This document shows, piece after piece, positions 56,940 through 64,000 of a DNA stretch of 64,000 nucleotides. This stretch comes from Roseibacillus sp. Its GTDB lineage: Bacteria > Verrucomicrobiota > Verrucomicrobiia > Verrucomicrobiales > Akkermansiaceae. The stretch spans positions 1,152,001-1,216,000 of the forward strand of contig JBPOGI010000001.1 in assembly GCA_051251855.1 (NCBI GenBank). Reading direction: 5' to 3'. Each line of letters opens with the position of its first letter. Positions within the stretch are counted from its first letter, which is position 1. The position numbers and the translations under genes were made by a program. Below the pieces are notes generated by a model. That model saw only the letters and a list, made by a program, of their open reading frames with translations, was not told the DNA's origin and did no database searches.

Positions 56940-58094
56940 ATGAAAACACTCCTCACTCTCCTCTGCATCACGGCAAGCCTCGCTGCCCAGCAAGTCACCG
57001 AGAACAAAGAAGTCGCTCACCCGTATCTCTCGCTCAAACTCGAGTCCGAACGGACGATCTCCACCGGCATCGCTTTCCTGAAAAGCCAACAGCAGCCTGA
57101 AGGAAATTGGGGAGACCCGAAAACTCCAGCGATTACCGCTCTCGCTCTCACTGGCGTCTTAAGGGACCCAAATTTTGATAATAAAGCCGAAACGCCTGAT
57201 TGGCTGGCACGAGGATTTGAATTTCTACGCGCCAATCAAAAATCTGATGGTGGGATCTACGGAAAAGGAATGGCTACCTACAACACTTCTACCTCCATGA
57301 TGGCCTTTCTCGCGCTGGGAAAGAAAGAGGACGAGCCTTTACTACTCAAGGCGCGCGCCTTCCTCATCAATCAGCAAACAGACTGGGGAAACAAGGGAGA
57401 GTCAGACGATCAGTTCGATGGTGGCATCGGTTATGGAGGCACCTATGCCCACTCCGACATGTCGAACACTTACCTTTCTTTGGAAGCGCTTTATCACACC
57501 AAGCAATTGGCAACCGATTCTGAACACGGCAAACAACCTAAACTCGACTGGGAAGCAGCGATGACCTTCGTATCTCGCTGCCAAAACCTTCCTGAAACCA
57601 ACGACCAAGAATTTGCCTCTGACGACCCAGACAACAAGGGAGGATTCGTCTACTTCCCCAACGATAGTAAGGCCGGCGAACAGGAACTCGCTGATGGCAC
57701 TGTTGCGCTTCGCTCCTATGGCTCCATGTCCTATGCAGGTCTCCTATCTTTCATCTATGCTGATGTCGAAAAAGATGACCCTCGCATCGTCGCTGTCATT
57801 AATTGGCTAAGCAAAAACTACACCCTCGATGAGAACCCCGGCTTGGGAGAACAAGGCCTCTACTACTACTACCAGACCATCGCTAAAGCCTACTCCGCTG
57901 CGGGAATTGACAAAGTTCAGTTGCCCAATGGCAAGGAAGTAGACTGGCGGATGGACCTCACCCGCAAACTCCTTTCCACTCAGCGAGAAGATGGGTCATG
58001 GATCAATGCCAATTCACGTTGGTGGGAGAACGACCCTGTGCTGGTCACTTCCTACACTCTCCTTTCTCTCGCTCAGTTACACGCTGTGATGTAG
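56940..58094 (+). CDS. Second exported prenyltransferase/squalene-oxidase-repeat protein
   Basis: FLKSQQQPEGNW, QKSDGG, QREDGSW, YGSMSYAGL, GLYYYY. Confidence 0.85.
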   Translation: MKTLLTLLCITASLAAQQVTENKEVAHPYLSLKLESERTISTGIAFLKSQQQPEGNWGDPKTPAITALALTGVLRDPNFDNKAETPDWLARGFEFLRANQKSDGGIYGKGMATYNTSTSMMAFLALGKKEDEPLLLKARAFLINQQTDWGNKGESDDQFDGGIGYGGTYAHSDMSNTYLSLEALYHTKQLATDSEHGKQPKLDWEAAMTFVSRCQNLPETNDQEFASDDPDNKGGFVYFPNDSKAGEQELADGTVALRSYGSMSYAGLLSFIYADVEKDDPRIVAVINWLSKNYTLDENPGLGEQGLYYYYQTIAKAYSAAGIDKVQLPNGKEVDWRMDLTRKLLSTQREDGSWINANSRWWENDPVLVTSYTLLSLAQLHAVM

Positions 58095-58118
58095 CCTCTC
58101 TCCTGGCCATTCCGTCTG

Positions 58119-60125
58119 ATGACTGTTCGTGATTACGCCGAGAAGATTCTTCTTTCCGAAACTCTAGAGGAAAAGCTCGCGCCACCCCCTCAAGGGCTAT
58201 CTCTAGATCCACCTCGCAAAGGAAGCTATCGCTCCCCCGACCTCCCCGGACGTCCAGAGCTGCTTCGCCCGAGGAGTTCCAAAGAAACAAGAACGAAGAT
58301 CCCCTCCGTCGAGCAACTCGGCAACGAAGAACACCGTTCCGTCCTTCTCCACTTCTTTTGCAATCATGAGCTCCTTGCCGTCGAGCTCATGGCGCTCGCG
58401 CTCCTCAAGTTTCCCGATGCGCCAGACGCCTTTCGTCGTGGCCTACTCCATACTCTCCAAGAAGAACAGGAGCATACTCGGCTTTATCTCGACCGAATGG
58501 CGGCTACAGGCACCCAGTTCGGTGACCACAGCCTTTCTAGTATGATCTGGGACCACATCGCAACGATGACTTCTCCCTTGGAGTATGTCTCACGGCTTTC
58601 CCTCACTTTCGAGCAAAGCAACCTCGACTATGCAAACTACTATTCGAAGGCCTTCGCACGTGTTGGTGACGAAACCACTTCTGACCTCCTCGCCAAAATC
58701 TATAAAGATGAGATTGCCCATGTCGGTTATGGGCTCAAGTGGCTTCGTCGCTTCAAACAGGAAAAAGAATCGGACTGGGATGCTTGGCATCGCTCTTTAG
58801 CACACCCCTTGAGCCCAGTGCGTGCCAAGGCTCCAGAGCGCACCGTCCCTTTCAACACCCAAGGACGCGAAAAGGCAGGGCTCGACTCTGACTTCATCGA
58901 CAACCTGAAAATCTATCAGCGTTCACGAGGTCGGACCCCATTCGTCCATTTCTTTAATCCCAATGGAGAGGCACACACCGCGGCCGCCCTTCAGCAGAAA
59001 CAATATCAACCGAATAAGTCGGCCTCCCATTTAGAACAAGACCTCGAAGCACTCATTCTTGCAAATGGACATCCGGACGACCTCGCTTTGATGAGAGTCC
59101 CTCCCTCCGCCCAGCATCTTGCAACATTAAGAGACGCAGGCCTACCTCTTCCCGAAGTAGCCTCTCTTGAAGACGTGTCGCTCTTGTCTCAACGCAAGCT
59201 GGGAGGGTTTCAGCCTTGGGCTTGGACTCCCGATTCGAGCCAGCTCTTTGCTCCCCTGCGAAATAATCCAACTTCGAATTCTATTCACTCTTGGAGAGCC
59301 CCTCTCGCGCCTGAACTACTTTCGAAATCTCTCACAACTCAAGCAACTCAACATCTAGGATTAGCCAACAACGAAAGCTTCTTCTTTGATTCGGCTTACA
59401 ACGCTCACGCCTTCATTGGGCAGGAAAGGAAGAAGGGGCCCCTTCTCTTGAAGCCCAACCTCGGTTGTGCAGGCCGTGGACATCTCACAGTAGACGATAA
59501 TACATCTGAAGAGACCCTATCCTCGTGGATTCAGCAAACGATCAAGGCTCAAGGGGCTTTCGTTATCGAACCCCTACTCGATCGGTGTTTCGACTTTTCA
59601 GCTCTCTACGATATCAATTCGGAGGGAGAGAGCCGCTTCATCGCCTTCACTCAGCTGATTACAGACTCGCGTGGAAAGTATCTAGGCACACGCGTCGCAC
59701 CTAAAATTGGAAACCTTTTCCCGACTAACCTTACCGTTCTCTTCCATCAGGAATGTATTGAAGCCGAGGGAGAGCAGATGTCAGGCCCCCATTTCTACAA
59801 AAAAATACTCCCCCGCGCCCTTTCTCGCCTCTTGCCGGACTACTCCGGACCGGTAGCGGTGGACGGACTCTTTTACAAGAACCGCTCAGAAGATATCCAA
59901 GTCCGACCCATTGTCGAAATCAACGCTCGTTGCTCCATGGGCCGCATTGCCCACAATTTGCGACGTAAGCTTGCCCCCAATTCAGTGGGAGAGCTGACGA
60001 TTCACAGTGTTAAAAAGCAGAAAGGAAAGCTTCCTGCGGGCCTCCCCATTAACGACCCCTCCACCGCGCAAAGCTTCCTTGCTGTTTGGAGCACCGACGA
60101 GAACATCCCCTCTAAAGAGCACTAA
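58119..60125 (+). CDS. Ferritin-like (DUF455-type) domain fused to an ATP-grasp-like domain
   Basis: NHELLA, EEQEH, FEQSNLD, DEIAH; then LLKPNLGCAGRG, IEPLL..DFS, GPVAVD, VEINARCSMG. Confidence 0.78.
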   Translation: MTVRDYAEKILLSETLEEKLAPPPQGLSLDPPRKGSYRSPDLPGRPELLRPRSSKETRTKIPSVEQLGNEEHRSVLLHFFCNHELLAVELMALALLKFPDAPDAFRRGLLHTLQEEQEHTRLYLDRMAATGTQFGDHSLSSMIWDHIATMTSPLEYVSRLSLTFEQSNLDYANYYSKAFARVGDETTSDLLAKIYKDEIAHVGYGLKWLRRFKQEKESDWDAWHRSLAHPLSPVRAKAPERTVPFNTQGREKAGLDSDFIDNLKIYQRSRGRTPFVHFFNPNGEAHTAAALQQKQYQPNKSASHLEQDLEALILANGHPDDLALMRVPPSAQHLATLRDAGLPLPEVASLEDVSLLSQRKLGGFQPWAWTPDSSQLFAPLRNNPTSNSIHSWRAPLAPELLSKSLTTQATQHLGLANNESFFFDSAYNAHAFIGQERKKGPLLLKPNLGCAGRGHLTVDDNTSEETLSSWIQQTIKAQGAFVIEPLLDRCFDFSALYDINSEGESRFIAFTQLITDSRGKYLGTRVAPKIGNLFPTNLTVLFHQECIEAEGEQMSGPHFYKKILPRALSRLLPDYSGPVAVDGLFYKNRSEDIQVRPIVEINARCSMGRIAHNLRRKLAPNSVGELTIHSVKKQKGKLPAGLPINDPSTAQSFLAVWSTDENIPSKEH

Positions 60126-60129
60126 AAAA

Positions 60130-60966
60130 TTAGTAACTACGGTCCCAACGCTCGATACCGGCAAGGATCGCTCTTGCAGCGGCATCTTGAAAGGAAGAAG
60201 TATTACAACGACTTCGCTCGCGAGAATTACTAATAAAGCCGCATTCGACGAGAGCGGCTGGGCAATTCGTATTTCTCAAGACAGAGAAACGTCTATATTG
60301 CGAACCACGATTTTTCACCTTGCAGTAGCTCACCAGATTTCGCTGTAACGAAGACGAGAGATAACTACTCGACCTCGACCCTCCGTGAAAAGTCTCGGCT
60401 CCGTGGACATAAGTTTCGCGAGTCGCATTATAGTGAATACTCACGAAAACAGCATTTCGATACCGGTTGGCGATCGCGGCCCGACCAGTGAGAGAAACGT
60501 AACGGTCGCTTCGGCGGGTCATTACAACCCGGTAACCAGCCCGCTTAAGATAGTATTCCAACTTAAAGGCTGTTTTAAGATTAAGGTCTGATTCACGCAC
60601 CCCTCCCCAAACCGCTCCTTTGTCACGTCCTCCGTGGCCAGGGTCGATGATAACGGTTTTGCCCTTGGAGCCAAAAGACCGAGTCACTGTGGTTGCCTTG
60701 AGCGATACCCTCGAAGTCTTCTTCGAACTCGCAGCAGAGGAAGACTTACTCGGAATTGTAAGGCGCTTGCCGATGTAGAGCTTGCTGGCATCCTTGATTC
60801 CATTAGAGCTCATTAAACTTTGGACGCTCACCCCTTTCGCTCGGGATATTGAATAGAGGGTATCCCCTTTCTTCACGGTATGGGACGCTCCCTGAACCTC
60901 GGCCAAAACTGCCACCAGACAGATACCACAGAGAAGAAAAGAACGGATGACACGATAAACACTCAC
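60130..60966 (-). CDS. LysM plus N-acetylmuramoyl-L-alanine amidase (Amidase_3)
   Basis: HTVKKGDTLYSISR (LysM); IDPGHGGRD, ESDLNL, FVSIHYNA, ALVECGFISN. Confidence 0.93.
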   Translation of the reverse strand: MSVYRVIRSFLLCGICLVAVLAEVQGASHTVKKGDTLYSISRAKGVSVQSLMSSNGIKDASKLYIGKRLTIPSKSSSAASSKKTSRVSLKATTVTRSFGSKGKTVIIDPGHGGRDKGAVWGGVRESDLNLKTAFKLEYYLKRAGYRVVMTRRSDRYVSLTGRAAIANRYRNAVFVSIHYNATRETYVHGAETFHGGSRSSSYLSSSLQRNLVSYCKVKNRGSQYRRFSVLRNTNCPAALVECGFISNSRERSRCNTSSFQDAAARAILAGIERWDRSY

Positions 60967-61205
60967 TGGATCAACGTTATGACAAACAAATTAAGTTTTG
61001 TAAATATCTTTGTCACATTTACCTTAAATTAAACCAAACCTCTTGCCGCGAGTGTTATTTTTAAAATAAAAAGAGTGAAACGTACCCGTTACAGCCTCTT
61101 TTTAATATTAAGGCCGATTCCCAGCTAAGAGAGAGCTCTAAATCTCATCAGTCTTTACCCACTCGAGGGAGAAGCTCGCAGTAGCTTACTACTTCGTTAA
61201 AACAC

Positions 61206-61243
61206 AAAAAACGACATCAACACCGTAAAGGCGCTAGATGTCG
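61206..61243 (-). terminator. Probable terminator downstream of cysK
   Basis: CGACATC..GATGTCG stem with A6 on its left. Confidence 0.5.
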
Positions 61244-61311
61244 CTTTGTTGAACCGCTCTCCCTATCGAATTTCAGAAACGCCTTCGCGAAACCTTCCTC
61301 TTTGGGAATGA

Positions 61312-62265
61312 TTAAATCTCGTGAGTGGGTAAATTGCTGACCTCTTCTTTAACCGCTTCGGCCAATGGGGTGCTGAGATAGCGTTCCGTTGAGGAACACC
61401 CAATCGTCACAATACGGCCGCCTGGGAACTTCTTAGCAACCTGCATCGCAGCCCAAACATTTGCTCCCGTGGAAATACCAGCAGGCAAGCCTTCTTCCTG
61501 AGCAAGACGCTGCGCAGTCGCAAAAGCATCTTCGTTGCTGACCTGCACCACCTCGTCGATGACTTCGGTATTCAAGTTTCCTGGAATGAAGCCAGCGCCA
61601 ATGCCCTGAATCTTATGCGGACCAGGTGCGCCGCCCGAGATGACCGGACTTGCCACCGGCTCAACCGCCACAATGTGCGTGTTTCCACGAGCCTTAAGAA
61701 CTTCACCAACCCCCGTGATCGTTCCACCCGTTCCGACACCTGCCACAAAGGCATCCACTTTCCCATCGGAGTCCTTCCAGATCTCTTCGGCAGTAGTCTC
61801 TCGGTGAACTTGTGGATTCGCAGGATTGTCAAATTGACTCGGTCCAAAAGAACCTTCTCCATACTCTTCCAGAAGCTGCTTCGCTTTCGCAATCGCTCCC
61901 CCCATCCCCTTTGGTCCGGGAGTGAGAACAATCTCTGCTCCCAAAAGTCGCAACAAGACCCGACGCTCCATCGACATCGTTTCTGGCATCGTAAGGATAC
62001 AGCGATAACCCTTGGAACGAGCAACGAAAGCGAGCGCGATTCCAGTGTTGCCAGAGGTTGGCTCGATAATCGTCCCGCCCGGCTGTAACTTTCCATCACG
62101 CTCGGCGGCCTCGATCATGGCCTTGCCGATCCGATCTTTCACGCTAAAGAGCGGATTGAAAAATTCCGCTTTCACGAAAATTTCCGCACCCACCTCCGCT
62201 GAGATTTTAGGGAGCTTAATCAAGGGCGTGTTGCCCACGGTATCAACCATACTATTTGCAATCAT
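61312..62265 (-). CDS. cysK: Cysteine synthase A
   Basis: VGNTPL, SVKDRIG (PLP lysine), EPTSGNTG, GVGTGGTITG, PHKIQGIG. Confidence 0.96.
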   Translation of the reverse strand: MIANSMVDTVGNTPLIKLPKISAEVGAEIFVKAEFFNPLFSVKDRIGKAMIEAAERDGKLQPGGTIIEPTSGNTGIALAFVARSKGYRCILTMPETMSMERRVLLRLLGAEIVLTPGPKGMGGAIAKAKQLLEEYGEGSFGPSQFDNPANPQVHRETTAEEIWKDSDGKVDAFVAGVGTGGTITGVGEVLKARGNTHIVAVEPVASPVISGGAPGPHKIQGIGAGFIPGNLNTEVIDEVVQVSNEDAFATAQRLAQEEGLPAGISTGANVWAAMQVAKKFPGGRIVTIGCSSTERYLSTPLAEAVKEEVSNLPTHEI

Positions 62266-62313
62266 GTCTCTTAGTTCTTAGTCCAAATTAAAAATTTCTA
62301 AATCGAAAAGGCG

Positions 62314-63048
62314 CTAAATCTGAAAATCGTTCACACCTGAAGAAAGGTGTAAGCCGCACTCATACTTTTCGCCTTGGAAACGCGTCTCTTCAGCCGAGTC
62401 AGCATCAGAACGCTTCTTGGTCGAATGCCAATCCCCCATCGTCACGTATTCCCCAGCCAAGGGGTGGCGAGGTAATTCGGAGTCTCCGAGGTAGCGCTCC
62501 ACCTGCTCATCATCCCAATCAAGAATGGGATAGGCTTTGATTGTTTTGGATTGTTGCTCAGCGAAGGGGCGAGCAACTCGGGTTTTGGAATGACTGCGAC
62601 GTAAACCACTCAGCCACACCTTAGCTCCCGTTTCCTCGATTGCTCGATTCATGGGTTCGACCTTATTGAGTAAAGAATACTTCTCCATCTCCTGCTCGCC
62701 TTGTTCCCAAAGTTTACCATAGATGGCTTCCTGCCAAGCGGGACTCCACTGTGAACGATAGACTTTCACATTCAGCCCAAGTCGCTCAGTGAGGTCCACC
62801 GCATACTGGTAGGTTTCATCAAAGTGGTAACCAGTATCGATGAAAACAACCGGCACTTCGGGAGCAAAATCTCGCAGTAACTTTAACATCACAGCGGCCT
62901 GTAGCCCAAAGCTAGTACTCGCTACCACCTGTCCAGGATAGCGCCGTGACAATTCGGCAATGCGTTCCCCCGCAGATTGATCTGCTAGGAATGAAGAAAG
63001 TGAGTCCGCGTTTTCAGCGGCTTTCACAACTGATGCTGCGCTGCTCAT
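62314..63048 (-). CDS. cysH: Phosphoadenylyl-sulfate (PAPS) reductase
   Basis: TSFG, FIDTGYHF, KVEPM, SGLRR, ECGLH; lacks the CC..CxxC cysteines of APS reductases. Confidence 0.93.
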   Translation of the reverse strand: MSSAASVVKAAENADSLSSFLADQSAGERIAELSRRYPGQVVASTSFGLQAAVMLKLLRDFAPEVPVVFIDTGYHFDETYQYAVDLTERLGLNVKVYRSQWSPAWQEAIYGKLWEQGEQEMEKYSLLNKVEPMNRAIEETGAKVWLSGLRRSHSKTRVARPFAEQQSKTIKAYPILDWDDEQVERYLGDSELPRHPLAGEYVTMGDWHSTKKRSDADSAEETRFQGEKYECGLHLSSGVNDFQI

Positions 63049-64000
63049 GCTTCAACAGGCTTATCCTTCACGTTGAATTGAGTGCAATCCGTAAGCTCTT
63101 TAACATGACCCTTACGAATCACGAAATCACCGAACTTCTCACCTTCATTACGGTCCTTGGCATACTCTTCAAAAAGAGGAGCCAAGGTCGCAGCCAACTC
63201 ATCACCAGGAACCATCTCCTTCCAAAGACGGTTGAGACGGTTACCCACAAAACCTCCGCCGAGAAAAACGTTATACTTGTTAGGAGCTTTACCCACCATC
63301 GCAATTTCAGCGAGATAAGGACGAGCACAGCCGTTCGGGCAACCCGTCATGCGCATGGTAATTGCGTCGTGACGAAGTCCAGTCGACTCCAAGGTCGTTT
63401 CCAACTCTTCAATTACAGAGGGAAGAAAACGCTGCGCTTCAGCCAAAGAAAGACCGCAAGTGGGCAGAGCTACACAAGCCAACGCATTTAATTTCACTCC
63501 GCTCAATCGCTTCCAGCTATCCAACTCATATTGCTCAAGGAGAGCCTCGATTTCAGGCTTCTTCGCCTCACTGATGTTGCTGACCATCACGTTCTGATTT
63601 CCCGTCAGACGGAAATCACCTTCGTGAATTTTTGCGATTTCAAGAAGGCCTTCACGCACCTTATCCATCACACGGCCGCTCTCAACATACAATCCGCAGT
63701 GCCAAGCACCGGTCTCATCTTGAACCCATCCATAGGCATCACCATTTGTGTCGAATTCGAAAGGTCGCGCTTCTTCCAGAGAGAATCCTTGATACTTCTC
63801 AAGCTCGCTGCGGAACCAGTCCACTCCACGATCATGGATGGTGTATTTCAAACGGGCCTTCTTGCGGTTACTGCGGTCACCATTGTCACGCTGAACCTTC
63901 ACCACATTCTCGGCAACATCGACCACCTTGTCAGGAGTCACGAAACCGATAACATCAGCGAGACGTGGGAATGTGGCCGCTTGACCGTGATGCATTCCCA
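63045..64000 (-). CDS. cysI: Sulfite reductase hemoprotein subunit (5' partial)
   Basis: RKKARLKYTI, ACVALPTCGL and MTGCPNGCARP siroheme/Fe-S ligands. Confidence 0.94.
   Translation of the reverse strand, partial: GMHHGQAATFPRLADVIGFVTPDKVVDVAENVVKVQRDNGDRSNRKKARLKYTIHDRGVDWFRSELEKYQGFSLEEARPFEFDTNGDAYGWVQDETGAWHCGLYVESGRVMDKVREGLLEIAKIHEGDFRLTGNQNVMVSNISEAKKPEIEALLEQYELDSWKRLSGVKLNALACVALPTCGLSLAEAQRFLPSVIEELETTLESTGLRHDAITMRMTGCPNGCARPYLAEIAMVGKAPNKYNVFLGGGFVGNRLNRLWKEMVPGDELAATLAPLFEEYAKDRNEGEKFGDFVIRKGHVKELTDCTQFNVKDKPVEA

Noticed and set aside
60967..61140. AT-rich gap as a possible replication origin
   Set aside because: No DnaA-box cluster seen; best explained as the amidase promoter region.

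Overview
Gene-dense bacterial chromosome segment. Gene content suggests the PVC superphylum, probably Verrucomicrobiota (inference from the sulfatase, SHD1-like and W-x3-DP-x-AA helical-repeat proteins, prenyltransferase-repeat cluster and weak Shine-Dalgarno use). It carries housekeeping genes (pheT, pheS, folC, panE, coaD, polA, hflKC, rnpB, cysI-cysH-cysK), an alpha-glucan cluster (GT4, GH57, GH31), two tandem giant secreted PA14/propeller/DUF1080/CBM paralogues with a duplicated leader, and a ~14 kb operon of uncharacterised exported proteins ending in a ferritin-like/ATP-grasp fusion. The main result is two candidate selenoproteins that the ORF track truncates at an in-frame TGA. One is a secreted TlpA-like thioredoxin with a U-Q-A-C active site (25126-25620, minus). 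The other is a YlbF-family protein whose Gly/Cys tail reads GGGGG-U-G-C-stop (7557-7997, minus). Each TGA is followed by a SECIS-like hairpin. No sel genes, tRNA, rRNA, CRISPR array or transposase were seen in the window, so Sec decoding is unconfirmed. All family calls come from motif recognition, not database searches.
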